DNA from: the human T2T-CHM13v2.0 reference genome, Homo sapiens
Direction: 5' to 3' (one strand)
Assembly (NCBI RefSeq): GCF_009914755.1
Contig: NC_060928.1
DNA: 64,000 bases
This document shows positions 16,550 through 41,722 of the stretch, piece after piece (the stretch's first letter is position 1; each line of letters begins with the position of its first letter). A program made the position numbers and the translations under genes. Under the pieces are notes generated by a model, which worked only from the letters and a program-made list of their open reading frames with translations, was not told where the DNA came from and searched no databases.

Positions 16550-17125
16550 TTGAGTAATGTTGGGTAGTGGGTAAAAGTATGGGCTTTAGGCCGAGTGCTG
16601 TGGCTCACGCCTGTAATCCCAGCACTTTGGGAGGCTGAGATGGGCAGATCTCCTGAGGTCAGGAGTTCGAGACCAGCCTGGCCAACATGGTGAAACCCCG
16701 TCTCTACTAAAAATACAAAAATTAGCTGGGCGTGGTGGTGGGTGCCTGTAGTCCCAGCTACTCAGGAGGCTGAGGCAGGAGAATCGCTTGAACCCAGGAG
16801 GCGGATGAGCCAAGATCGGGTCACAGCCCTCTAGCCTGGGTGACAGAGCAAGTCTCTGTATCAAAAAAAAAAAAAAAAAAAAAAGAATGGTCTTTAGAGA
16901 TTTAAATCCTGGATTTAAATTTTGGCTCCTTAATTTACCACTTTTATAATCTTGAGCAGAGTATGTAAGTACTTTAAATCCTTAGATTTGTCATCCATAA
17001 AATAAAGAAAAATAATAGCTTGTATATCAGAGTTACTAGGATTAAATGAGATATATTGCATGTAAAATAGTTGCGAGTACAAAGCTTGCGGTAAATGTTA
17101 GTTAATATTAATCATCATTATTATC
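16550..17125 (+). mobile_element. MIR interrupted by AluSx-like element (16589-16885, +)
   Basis: MIR core (tcatccataaaataaagaaaaataatag ... aggattaaatgagata). Alu TSD aaaagtatgggcttta / aaaagaatggtcttta. Confidence 0.7.
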
Positions 17126-17217
17126 CTGATGTAGGAGTTCTCAGCCTGAAGTTGACTGGAACTTTCAGTTAACAAGTATTTATCGAATACCTGATCTGTA
17201 GTGTTGGACTTAGACCT

Positions 17218-17246
17218 ATGGAAGGAGCTACTGATGTGAATGAAAG
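17218..17246 (+). CDS. MOB1B: MOB1B alternative N-terminal coding segment (MEGATDVNES) in cassette exon 17135-17246
   Basis: ATG GAA GGA GCT ACT GAT GTG AAT GAA AG|gttagt. The phase-2 donor joins exon 2 in frame (AG+T=Ser, then GSRSSK). Candidate acceptor gatgtag|G at 17135. I recall this N-terminus as an annotated 221-aa isoform but cannot verify it here. Confidence 0.75.
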
Positions 17247-17614
17247 GTTAGTACCTAGAGGCGGAGCAGAGAGAACTAATAGTAGTGAAGTTCTTAACAT
17301 AAGTTTCAGTAGTAAGGTAGGTATTATTATCTCCATTTTGTAGACGAGGAAGCTGAGACTCAGTAACAGTAACTTCTTCGAGACCCTGGTTCTGTCATTT
17401 AGCTAGCTGTGGTTAGACTAATAACTCACTTAACCTTGAAGAGATGGAGCTGTTGGCACAAATACATGATTTGTAACACAAATCATTTATTTTACAATCA
17501 TTTGTGTGACAAATAATTTGCTTTTAATTTTGAATAAATTTACATATTCTTCAGTGTCAATATATAGGTATCTGGTACAGAAAAAAAATAGGGGTAATAC
17601 AACAAAAACAAAAA

Positions 17615-17757
17615 CTGTTAGGAACTGGGCCTCACAGCAGGAGGTGAGCAGCCAGCAAGCAAGCATTTCCACCTGAGCTCTGCACCCCGCCAACCCCTGT
17701 GGAAAAGTTGTCTTCCGTGAAACTGGTCCCTAGTGCCAAAAAGGTTGGGAGCCACTG
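17615..17757 (+). mobile_element. hAT-Charlie fossil (MER1B-like fragment)
   Basis: cacagcaggaggtgagc ... gaaactggtccctagtgccaaaaaggttgggagccactg. Confidence 0.75.
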
Positions 17758-18050
17758 TTTTAGAGTCTCAAAGAGAAAATAAATGATACTGAAATTTGCA
17801 AAAGATAAATCAAATTGGAAGACTAAGAGATATGTATTCAGAGCTATCTCTAGGACTGAGTTGTTTACTAGACAAATCACCCTGTCCTGCTCTAAAAATT
17901 GATTTGCCTTCAAATATGAGTAAGAATGGGAAAACAAATGTGAATATCGTGGATGTTTATTTGGAAAGCAGTAGAGTAATGCAATGAATTATTAATGTGA
18001 TACCTCTAATATGTAATACATCATTCACATTCTAGTCAGCATTCCATAGT

Positions 18051-24901
<6,851 letters not shown>

Positions 24902-25309
24902 GAACATGTAGCTTTTTTTTCTTGTTCCAGGATTTTTATGTTTTATTGATATCAAATTGTATCTCTATATTTCTTTTAAGAAGGAAACAAATTTATTTTA
25001 TTAGAATGAGAGACTTAGAATAGGAGTGAAAGGAATACAATAACTAAAACATCATGGAAGTACTTTTTTGTTTTTTCATTAATTTATTGAGAAGAGGTGT
25101 TAGTTACAGCTTAAAAATTTTTCTTTTTGTGAGTTAACTAGACACAGCAGAGAAAGTTTGTAGGAGTTTTGGATGGAGAGCACAGTAGTTACAGCAATTC
25201 TATTGCTGGGATTTAAGCCAATACAGTTTAGGTCTAATGCTTGGTGAATGACTCTATTGAATGTCATGCCTTAAATATTAAACCCTTTTTTTTTCTTTTC
25301 TATTCATAG

Positions 25310-25476
25310 TGGTAGTCGCTCTTCTAAAACTTTTAAACCAAAGAAGAACATTCCAGAGGGTTCTCACCAGTATGAGCTCTTAAAACACGCAGAAGCCACA
25401 CTTGGCAGTGGCAACCTTCGGATGGCTGTCATGCTTCCTGAAGGGGAAGATCTCAATGAATGGGTTGCAGTTAACA
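25310..25476 (+). CDS. MOB1B: MOB kinase activator 1B, coding exon 2 (167 nt)
   Basis: Polypyrimidine tract plus ttcatag|T acceptor and ACA|gtaagt donor. Translates (phase 2) GSRSSKTFKPKKNIPEGSHQYELLKHAEATLGSGNLRMAVMLPEGEDLNEWVAVN, the MOB1B N-terminus with phosphosites T12/T35. Exon 1 (MSFLF) lies upstream of the window. Confidence 0.98.
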
Positions 25477-26379
25477 GTAAGTAGCCTTTTTATTTCTCAG
25501 TAGCCTGTGAATTAGGGTAATAGCCTCATTGTTGGTGAGTGTTGGTGCTGTCCATTCTAGGATTTAGTTAGTAAGCTAATATCATAAAAGAGTGATATCT
25601 CAATCTAACTTTAACCTTCATGTTACTTTATTTACTTTATTATTATTACTTTTTGAGACAGGGTCTCACTCAGTCACCCAGGCTGGAAGGCTGGAGTACA
25701 GTGGCTCAGTTATGGCTGACTGCAGCCTTGAACTCCTGGGCTCAAGCAATCCTCCCACCCTCAGCCTCTAGCGTAGCTGGGACTGTAGGCACATACCACC
25801 CTGCCTGGCTCATTTACAAACATGTTTTAGTAGAGATGGAGTTCTCACTATGTTGTCCAGGATTGTCTTGAACTCCTGACCTCAAGTGATCCTTCTATCT
25901 CAGCCTTTCACGGTGCTAGGATTACAGGCACTAGTCACCACATCCAGTCCTTGTTATTTTATTTCTGAATATGGAATTTTATGAAATCTTGTTTCCTATT
26001 TTAATACAAAGCATAGATTTACTATCTTCATTATAATAATTTTTCATGTGTCAAACACTGTATAGACATACCACTCTCCTTTCTACGTGGATGATTTTAT
26101 TTTATCTTTATAACCTTATGATGTAGGTATGATTATTATTTCGGTTTAATAGATTAAGTTGAGACAATTAGTAACTTGCCTAGGTCATATAGCTATTAAA
26201 TGGAAGAACCTGGGATCAAATATACAGCTATAGAATTTCAGAGTCTATAGAGTCAACCACTATACTAAATTGCCTTTCTCAGTGGCATACTCAGTTATTT
26301 GTCTAATTGTGCTTTTTTTATTTTTATTTTTATTTTGAGATCGACTCTTGCTCTGTCGCCCAGGCTGGAGTACCAGTGA

Positions 26380-26598
<219 letters not shown>

Positions 26599-27404
26599 TG
26601 AGCTACCACGCCCGGCCAGTTGTGCTTATTTTTTAAAAAAAGATATCAAGTAGTCATCTTATGAAATTAGTAAAATATATTTATGAGATGTTCTTAACTC
26701 CTACAGAGAATAACGTATGAATAGTAATTATATTCTTGGGAATTAAGCCAGAGAAAGTTGAGGAATAAAAGCTTCAGCGTTTTTCAACATTAGTGAAAAA
26801 AATAGTAATAATAGAATTTTATAATTAAAGGAAATTTATTTGAATTTAGTAAAAATAAAATGAAATTTCATTGAAAGCATACACAAAATGTCTAGGCTTT
26901 AAGGAAATGCAAAACAGTATTTTTCTTATATTTAATGGCCTCTTATTATAATTTGAACTATGTCATGGGATTTATAAATTGAGCTGCCCCCCTCTAATAC
27001 CTTTTAGGAACCAGGGGATTTTATTGTGATGTCTTAAAACTTACCATGACAGCATTTACACAAGAGCCATGTTATTATTATGTGATTATCCTCCTGGACC
27101 AAGAGAGTCTAGTTATTTGAAATAAAGTGATTTGTTTGCTTTATTGATGAGGCCTGCCGTATTTCTAAGATGTTTCTGTGTCATCTCCAAGACAATATTC
27201 AGAATGAATCTCCAATATATGTGTACGTTCTTTTTGTACTAATTTGTGCCTTTTTGTAAAATTTGAGAGTTCATTTACTCATGTTTAAAATGTAAGGAAG
27301 GCTGTATAGAGCTTCTATATTACAGTAGAGTCTGACTTTTAAATATAAAAGCAAATAATTTTCTGTCTGTATTCTGTCTCTTTCTCAGTTGCCACAACTG
27401 AGTG

Positions 27405-27975
27405 TCTGTACCTCTCTTATCTGCTAGGGATACATTCCAAGATGACCAGTGGATTCCTGAAACCGGTGATAGTACTGAACCTTCTGTACACTGTGTTTTT
27501 TCCTATACACTACGTACCTATGATAAAGCTTAATTCATAAAGCTTAATTTAAAATTTATTAAAGATTAATTTAAAATTAAGCACAGCAAGGGATTAACAA
27601 CTGTTAATAAAATAGAACAATTACAGTTATACTGTAGTAAAAGTTATGTGAATATAGTCTCTCTCTTTCAAAATAATCTTATTGTGCTTTACTTAACCCT
27701 TTTTGTAATCCTTCACTCTGATAACCAAGGTGGCTACTATAGGTGATTAATGAGCAGGTATACAGCTAGACAGAGGGATGATTCACATCCCAAGCGGACG
27801 GAGTGAGATGGTGTGAGATGCTGTAAAATTTCATCACGTTACTCAGAATGGCACACAATTTAAAACTTATATATTGTTTATTTCTGAAATTTTCCATTTA
27901 ATATTTTCAGCCCATGGTTCATCACAGATAACTGAAACCATGGATAGTGAAACCACAGATAAAGGAGGACTACTG
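27405..27975. mobile_element. TcMar-Tigger DNA transposon fossil (MER44-like)
   Basis: Right TIR ...cagataaaggaggactactg followed by TA; degraded left TIR cctctcttatctgc. Confidence 0.8.
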
Positions 27976-29139
27976 TACTACTGAAACGCCTAGAACTTTG
28001 AGAACTCTTAAAATTTCACAGTAGTTCTATGATTTTACTACAGCTGGACAAAGATTGCTTTGGACTGAAGCATTAGAACATCTGCTTAGGGCATACTCTG
28101 CTTTGAAAATACAACATTTAACTGAAGTGTTGGATTTAAAATTTTCCTTATTTATAGCAATCTTCCCAAATGACACTTGATGAAGTAGGTGAATAGGGTT
28201 GGAGTCAGGACAGATACTTCCAGTCACTGGCAGTGATTCAGTAAACATTTCAGGTTCATAGAGGAGTAAAGGGAATTATTGATAAGATCTATATCCAAAT
28301 AATAGGTGAAAGTGTAATTACTTAGCTAATACAGGAGAAAAATAGAATAATAAAAAATAATCCTGAAGAATATAAGGAGAGACTAGGTGCATTGGCTCAC
28401 GCTATAATCCCAGCATTTTGGGAGGCTGAGGTGGGAGGATTGTTTGAGGCCAGGAGTTTGTGACTAGCCTGGGCAAAATCTGTATCTACAAAAATATAAA
28501 ATAAAATAAATTAGCTGGGAGTGGTGGTTCACACCTGTAGTCCTAGCTACTCCAGAGGCTGAGGTGGGAGGATGGCTCGAGCCCAGGAGTTCGAGGTTAG
28601 CCTGGGCAGCATAGGGAGACCTCTTCTCTAAACAAATAAAATAAAAATTTACCTACCAAGGACTCTTGCATTCATCACTGTAGTTGAGATCTCTCCCCAG
28701 GCTTCACGAATTAGTCAAAACTCTACCTGATAACACTATTTTGATGTCTAAATTGATCTCAAAGTGAATATGTTCAAAATGGAACACAGAAAAATCTATT
28801 TGAATTTATGAAAGAGACCAGTGGTCCATATAAATAGGCAGCTGATCTTGACAAAGAAGAAAAGGCAATTCAGTGGAGAAAGTATTATTTTTTCAACAAA
28901 TAGTGGTGAAACACTGGGACATCCAGATGCAGAAATATAAATCTAGACACAGATTTACACCTTTCAGAAAAATTAGCATGAATTGAATGATAGACCTAAA
29001 AATACAACACAATACTATAAAACTTCTAGGAAAAAAAAAACAGGAGAAAAATCTGTGCAACCTTGGATTTGGTGATGAGTTTCTACATACAAAACCAAAA
29101 GTGTGCTTTTAAAAGAAAAAATTAATAAATTAGACCTCA

Positions 29140-29604
<465 letters not shown>

Positions 29605-29753
29605 CTATCTAGGCAACATAGCAAGACCCTGTCTCTAAGAAAAGAATAAGTTAGCCGGAGATGTACGTACATGTAGCCATAGCTACTTGGGAGGCTGAGG
29701 TGGGAGGAATACTTGAGCCCAGGAGTTCAAGGCTGCAGTGTACCATGATCCTA

Positions 29754-30384
<631 letters not shown>

Positions 30385-31058
30385 CTAAAGTTAAACACTA
30401 ATCCAAAGAATCCCGATAGTCGTGTTATGTCAGATAAAGTAGACTTTTAAGGCAAAAAGCAATAAAAAAGGATATTTTAAAATGATAACTGGTTCAATTC
30501 CCAAATAGTATATAAAATTCTGAATGCATGTTTCTAATAACATCTCAAAAGTTTATTAATATTAGTCGACTGAACTAAAAGGAGAAGTAGACAAATCCAT
30601 GGTCATAATGGGAGATTTTAACATTCCTCTTTCAGTAACAGATAGAAAGTGCAGAAGAAAAAATTGGTAAGGAATTAGAAAAATTTGAGCAACATGATTA
30701 ACAGACTTGACCTAGGAGCACATGACCTAAGCACCTAAGAGTATATATATGTACATTTTCAAAAATGGAAACCAATACATTCTCTGACCATGGTGGAATC
30801 TGGCTAGAAAGCAGTAATAAACAGAAATCTGTATATGTTTGGAAAAAGTAAATCTCAATGGAAATCAGAAAATATTTTGAACTGAAATTTGGTGATGAAA
30901 ATACTATATATGGAAACTTGTGGGATATATTATAGCTAAAGCTGTGTTAGAGGAAATTTAGAGCCTTACATAAATACATATATTATAAAAGGAAAAATAT
31001 TAAAAGTTAATGAACTAAGCATCCATCTCCAGAGGTTGGAAAAACAACAGCAAATTAA

Positions 31059-31364
<306 letters not shown>

Positions 31365-31951
31365 TCAAAAAAAAAAAAAAAGTTAAAAGAGGTTATCAGT
31401 AAAGAACAGAAGTTAATAAAATAGAAAAGAAACATACAATAAAGGGAATTGGGCTCGGCGTGGTAGCTCACACCTATAATCCCAACACTTTGGGAGGCCG
31501 AGGTAGGTGGATACTTGAGGTCAGGAGTTCAAGACCAGCCTGGCCAACATGGTGGAACCCCGTCTGTATTAAAAATACAAAAATTAGCCTTGTGTGGTGG
31601 CAGGTGCTTGTAATCCTACCTGCTTGGGAGGCTGAAGCAGGAGAATCACTTGAACCTGGGAGGCAGAGGTTGCCGTGAGCCAAGATTGCAGCACTGCACT
31701 CCAGCCTGGATGACAGAGCAAGACTTCATCTCAAAAAAAAAAAAAAAAAAAAAAAAGTGGTTCTTTGCAAAGTTTAAAAATTTATAACTCCTGGTAAGAT
31801 TGATCAAGAAAAAAATATTTTAATATTTTAAAAATAATATTAATTTAAAATATTAATTATTTAATAATATTAGAAAGCACAAATAACCAATATCAGGGAT
31901 AAAAAAGTAAATACATACCAGATCTTACATAGCATTAAAAGTTGTAAGAGA

Positions 31952-32346
<395 letters not shown>

Positions 32347-32726
32347 TCAACTTATCAAAGTTAACACTAGAATAAAAAATCTGAATAATCTTATAACTTA
32401 AAAAAAACTGTAATCTATTTAAAAACCTTGCCACAGTAGTATTTCCATGAAACAAGGAAGAAATAACGCCAGCCTTTGGCTCTTACAAAGAATGGAAAAA
32501 ATATTAGTTTTATGAGTTCTACATGAACATTAGAAGAAAGGGAACTAGGTCATCTAACTTTTGAAATGAACATAGATGTAAAAATTCTAATAAAAGTATT
32601 AGTGAATTGAATCTAGTAACATTTTAAAAGTGTATATAATACATTATGACTAAGTTGAGTTTATTCCAGAAATACAAAGGTTAGTTTAGCATCTGAGGGG
32701 CCTCAGGTTGTGGCTCACACCTGTAA

Positions 32727-33167
<441 letters not shown>

Positions 33168-33524
33168 TAGTCCTAATTACTCAAGGAGATTGAGGTGGGA
33201 GGATTGTTTGAACCCAGGAGTTGGAGGCTGCAGTGAGCTCTGACTGCATCCCAAGCCTGGGCAATAGAGTGAGATCCTACTTCAAAAAAAAAAATAAATT
33301 AGAAAAAAAATATAAATTGGTCATTGTAATTCACTGCATTAGCCAAAATCAAGGAGAAAAAAAATCGTATCACAACAATACATGCAGAAAAACCATTTGC
33401 TAAAATTCAAAATCCATAATAAAAGGGTTATCAAGTAATAGATGAGAACTTTCTTCTGATAAAGCATACCTATTTGCAGAATAGCTATAACATTATAATA
33501 GTAAATGTTGAAATTTTTTCTTAA

Positions 33525-33875
<351 letters not shown>

Positions 33876-34224
33876 TGAAGTCTTAACCAATTCAGTAAGG
33901 CAAGAAAAAGAATAAAAAATATACTGACTGGAAAGGAAGAAAGAATTATTCTTTTCATTTATAGCCAATAAAAAATATGTTGATTGTTCTGAAAATCCCT
34001 TTTTGGAAAAGAAAATATGTTGAAAATCTAAAAGACCATAATTATTATTACTAATAGATGAGTTTAATGAGGTTGTCAGCTCTTGGGTTAATATAAAATT
34101 ATGAATATCTCATCACCAGGAAATAGAGGCCAAAAAAAGAAAAATGAACAACAAAAAAAAGGAAAAAAAATATTAGCATCAAAAATATCAACCTAGGAAC
34201 AAATCTAATGAAACCTGGAAACTA

Positions 34225-36240
<2,016 letters not shown>

Positions 36241-36366
36241 GTATGGTTTTCACCTGTTCTTTGTAGGGGAACGAACGCCAATAAGCCTATTCTGTTCAAG
36301 TACAATTAAAATTTCATTTTAAATTTAGCCATTCTGTTTTACTTACAACTGATACTTGCTTTACAG

Positions 36367-36460
36367 CTGTGGATTTCTTCAATCAGATCAACATGCTTTA
36401 TGGAACTATCACAGACTTCTGTACAGAAGAGAGTTGTCCAGTGATGTCAGCTGGCCCAAA
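36367..36460 (+). CDS. MOB1B: MOB1B coding exon 3 (94 nt)
   Basis: ctttacag|CT acceptor and AAA|gtaaga donor. Encodes (T)[30 protein letters not shown](K), including Zn ligands C79/C84. Phase matches exon 2. Confidence 0.98.
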
Positions 36461-38319
36461 GTAAGACATAGTTAATGATCAGTTTCTTATTTTTACATTA
36501 TTTTACGGTTCTTAAAGAAAAACGAAGTTTCTGACCATATGATTTTTCTACTTATCGTCTCTTTCTGAGGTTTGCCAGTGACTATTAATCTAGATTCCTT
36601 AGCTTGGGGTTTGTGACTGTCCATCTTGCCTTTCCTCTGTTTGCTTATGTGTCTTCTCTAGTCTGTCCTAACTGGATTACTGGAAATACCTTGCTGTTCC
36701 CTCCATTACGTACTTCTCTGGAAGCTTGCTTATTCTCTTCTTCTCTTGGACATTTTTCTTCTCTCCCATTTCACTCCTGTCATTTTCTGTCAATATTTCA
36801 AAAAATCTTACTGATCTTCAATTCTATTATCAAATATTTCTCTGTCAAAGCCTTCTGATTTCATCAGACTAACTTTTTTTACCTTTGTAATGAAATTTGT
36901 TTGTTATATTTCTTACACTATTCATATATGTTTTATTTAACCTGTTGGATTTGTTCTTTTAATTCCCTTTTGGTGCAAGGACAGAGCTTGCCACCTTGTT
37001 TTAACACCCAAAAAATGTGGGTTGAATCAGTACATTTTGGAAACTGGCTTTTATTATTACTTCTACTAATAATAGCAATGACAGTTACCATTTATTTAGT
37101 GGTACCTAAATGTAAGGCCTTTCATACATGTTTTTTACATCATATGTCAACATTCATTATAAGAATATTGCTCTATGCATTGCCGTAGACTCAAAGAATT
37201 TAGTCAAATGATCAAAGAGCCCGTAACAGAAGTATAATATTGTAGCTCAGGAAAAATATGGAGATACCATATGAAGAGGTAAAAGAAGTTGGCAGTTCTC
37301 AGTAAAGAGAAAGGAAGACTGCACTAGGAAAGACACAAAGCTGTGTTTGAACCTTCACTTCTTTCTAGCCCATGGAGATGAGTATAGCTGCAGAGCTATT
37401 CAAAATCTAGCGTCTGTCAATTCCCTTCCTCCATTTACACCTCTTCCTGCAGAAGTATGTTTGTGGTTTTTACCCGTCACGGGACTGTTTACTTTGGAGA
37501 AACGTCTTCTGTGGACTTTGTATGGGGTTTGTAGTTGCAGGTGCATCTTTTGTTCTCTCCTCACCCTGTTTGAACTTATATGAACTGTCACACTCCCCAC
37601 CTCGCCTTTTTGAAAAGTCTAGTCAAGATAGTCCCTTTAAAAAATAATGTGGTTTAGGCTGGGCATGGTGGCTCACGCCTATAATCCCAGCACTTTGGGA
37701 GGCTGAGACTGGCAGATCATCACCTGAGATCGGGAGGTTGAGAGCAGCCTGGGCAACATAGTGAATCTCGTCTCTATTAATAATAGAAAAATTAGCTGGG
37801 CGTGGTGGTGTGCATCTGTAATCCCAGCCACTCAGGCAGGAGAATCACTTAAACCTGGGAGGTGGGGGTGAGGTTGCAGTGAGCTGAGATCGTGCCAGTG
37901 TGTGTACTCCAGCCTGAATGATAGAGTGAGACTCTGTCTCAAAAAAAAAAAAAAAAAAGTAATTTAAAGACATAGGTGTCTCCTAGTTTTATCATCAAAG
38001 CTAGAGTGTGAATTTCTGTTACTTGTTATTTCGGGAAGATTTATTAGAGGAACGGGGGCATTTAGAAATGAAATCAGTCCCCCTTTAGTATTAATTCTTG
38101 CCAGTATTACTGGTGTTCACTTTGGTTAAGCTTCACTTGTGAAAATAGATGTCTTTAATTTTTCTATTCTGTGGTTAGTTATGCCTTGAGAAATTAAATA
38201 GCACTGCCTTCTAAGAAAGCCAGTTCTTCTGGCTTGAGAGCTGTTTGTCTCTGCTCCTGTATGCATGCATGTGTGCGTACATAGTGTTAAAGCTGTGTGG
38301 TCTCCTGCCTGCGTGTCTG

Positions 38320-38456
38320 CTTCCCTCTCTTTCTCTTCTTTCTTCCTTCTTTCCCTTCCTTTCTCCCTCCTTCTTTCTTCTTTCTCTACGTCTCTTTTCT
38401 TCTTCCTTCTCTTCTTGTCTTTCCTCCCTCTCTTCCTTTCTCTCTTTTTTTTTTTG
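38320..38456. repeat. Polypyrimidine (CT-rich) low-complexity tract
   Basis: ~135 nt that is almost entirely C/T. Confidence 0.9.
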
Positions 38457-38836
38457 GGGAGAATCGTGACATTTCCCAGTCATTAGTGCTAAGAAGATGT
38501 AGTTGTTGTCATAGTTCTTCATTTTTACCAGCAGATGCAGGATTGTGCCTAGGAGAGGCATTTGTTAATACTTAATAAATGCTAAGCCCCTTGCAAAGTG
38601 GTATTGAATGATGGCTCGTAGAACTTTGTTCTCAGATACTGTTTTTTTATTTTTATTTTATTTTTTTGAGACAGAATCTTGCTCTGTTGCCCAGGCTAGA
38701 GTGCAGTGGTGCGATCTTGGCTTACTGCAACCTCTGCATCCTAGGTTCAAGAGATCTTCCCTGCCTCAACCTCTTGAGTAGCTGGGATTACAGGTGCATG
38801 CCACCATACCCGGCTATTTTTGTATTTTTAGTATAG

Positions 38837-38974
<138 letters not shown>

Positions 38975-39152
38975 TAAAAAAGAAATTGTGAATTGGAGTT
39001 TGCAGTTTACAAGTTCATGCTGTGATGACAGAAATACATTTCAAAGAGAATAGTCTGTCAAAGGTAGAATGAGAAAGGCATCGCGGCAAAATAGAGCTAC
39101 AGAATGAAGGAAGTCATTCTAAGTATAAACACGATGAAAGAAAAGAGATTAG

Positions 39153-39414
<262 letters not shown>

Positions 39415-40041
39415 TAGCCAGGATTGTCTTGATCTCCTGACCTCATGATCCGCCCGCCTCGGCCTCCCAAAGTGCTGGCATTACAGGCGTGAGCCACCAC
39501 GCCCGGCCTAATTATTTTATTTTTCAAAAAGCCTTAGGATATTGAAAGTTAATATTTTTAAAAAATACTTCAGGATATTGAAAATTATTCTTTGGTTTAC
39601 CTTGTCTGTTTCTGATTTTTACATTTAAATATGAATGTGACACATCTGAAAATGATTGACAAGATGAAAACTTGATTGTGAGGGAAGGTTAAAAATGTTA
39701 AGATTTCTTAACATAAGGTAGTAAACATGGTTGTGCCCGTCTCTTAAGAATAATGATGGGCTGGGGATGGTGGCTCACACCTGTAATCTCGGCACTTTGG
39801 GAGGCCAAGATGGGAGGATTGCTTGCGCCCAGGAGTTCAAGGGTGCGGTGAGCTATGCTCGTGCCACTGTACTTCAGCCAAAGCTACAGAGCAAGACCCT
39901 GTCTCAAAAAAAAAAAAAAAAAAAAAAAACATAATGATGGCTAAAATCTTACCATTCACGGTCTCTAGCTCCTAAGAGGAGCAAACAAGGAGATACAATA
40001 GGCTTAAATTGCACTAAGAACTTTAGTGTTTTATTAGAATC

Positions 40042-40163
40042 TTTTGATTGTGAAAGTGATTTTGACTGTGAAAGTGATCAAACAGTAAAAACAGAATATC
40101 AAGAGGTGTTGGAAAGTAAGTGACTAAACAGTAAAAACAGGATATCAAGAGGTGTTGGAAAGT
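40042..40163. repeat. Two overlapping tandem duplications (18 bp x2 and 46 bp x2)
   Basis: ttttgaYtgtgaaagtga at 40042/40060; aagtga..aaacagtaaaaacagRatatcaagaggtgttggaaagt at 40072/40118. Confidence 0.9.
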
Positions 40164-41588
40164 ATCATACTTGGAGACCTTCAAAGTGGACTTCATCCTT
40201 ATTGCCCCACTTTTGGCAGTAAGGTTGTCTACAGAATGTTTAATTCAGGTATAGCTTGTTTAGTATTATTGTTCAGGTATAAGTAGTTCTGATTAAATAG
40301 AAAGCATCCTCATTTATCCTATCCGAAGATAATTTTTATTGTTTAAAATACCCTATAGTATTTTTCTGTTATATATTGTCATCTCCTTTCCCAGGCTCAC
40401 TGACCTGTCATTTAGCCCAAACTCTGGGGACAAGGGTAGAATTGAATCAAAGGGAGAAGTTAAGCAGCAGGAGTAACCTTTTGGAAACTAAAATACTAAA
40501 TGCTAGTTCAGTTTAGAGATTTTTCCACTTTGGAGTTTCACCTGTATGCATCTTCCTTATCTCAAAATTCAGGGTATGTGTGTGTGTGTAACTCTTTTAG
40601 GGTTTTTTTTTTGAGACGGAGTCTCACTCTGTTGCTCAGGCTGGAATGGGCACCATCTTGGCTCACTGCAACCTCCTCCTCCCTGGTTCAAGCGATTTCT
40701 GGCTAATTTTTGTATTTTTAGTAGAGATGGGGTTTCACCATGTTGGCCAGGCTGGTCTCGAACTCCTGACCTCAAGTGATCCACGTGCCTCGGCCTCCTG
40801 AAGTGCTAGGATTACAGGTGTGAGCCACCGTGCCCGGCCTCTTTTAGGGTTCTTACACTGTTTTTACATCTTCACTCTTGAGTCTGCGTTTTCTACTAGC
40901 CTGTTTTCCTTGAGAGTAGGGAAAGTGTCTTTCATTTTAGTGTTTCTTGTTCTTAGTATCTTTTACATGGAAGGTGCATATTAGATGTTTATTGAATCAA
41001 AGGATGGTGGTGTTCTGCTAATACCAAAAGCCTTTATTTGGGTTGCAAATTTTCTTTGGACCTTCTTTAAAGACATGTCTAGATCTTCAGTTAAATGTAC
41101 TCAAATATGAAATCATTCTCATCTTCATTAATCTTATTTTGGTGCTTCTGTGTCATTCTCTATCCTTAACCGAAAATTTAAAGCCCCAAGTTAAAAAGAA
41201 TTGTACTGTGTAAGGAGAAGTGGTTTTTAAGGAAGAAAAACAACCATAAAGTCCAAAAGTAGTCATCATAGAACTAGGAAGTAAGCTAGTTTTTCTACTA
41301 CAATAATGTCTGATTCTAAAATATAAATGCTATTTATGGTGGCTATGTAAAAAAATGGACATGTGAGGAGAGCATAGAAACAAAACATGAGTTTGTTGGG
41401 ATCTACTTAGTTTGGATTGTGATAAACGCAAAGTAGTCCACTGGGTATTTAAAAATGTATCTTTATTTGGAGGAGCAGAGTGTTGAAAACATGTCTGTGT
41501 GTACATTAGTAATATAGATACATAAAATATATACACTGTGTATAGGTATATACTAATCTTCTGTGTGCTTTTTATCTCTCCAATGCAG

Positions 41589-41722
41589 ATATGAGTATCA
41601 TTGGGCAGATGGAACGAACATAAAGAAACCTATTAAGTGCTCTGCACCAAAGTATATTGATTACTTGATGACTTGGGTTCAGGACCAGTTGGATGATGAG
41701 ACGTTATTTCCATCAAAAATTG
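41589..41722 (+). CDS. MOB1B: MOB1B coding exon 4 (134 nt)
   Basis: aatgcag|A acceptor and TTG|gtataa donor (weak). Encodes YEYHWADGTNIKKPIKCSAPKYIDYLMTWVQDQLDDETLFPSKI(G); seen inside ORF 41563..41757. Confidence 0.98.

Noticed and set aside
38211-38575. E/R/K-rich and S/F/L-rich ORFs
   Set aside because: Translation of the CT-rich low-complexity tract.
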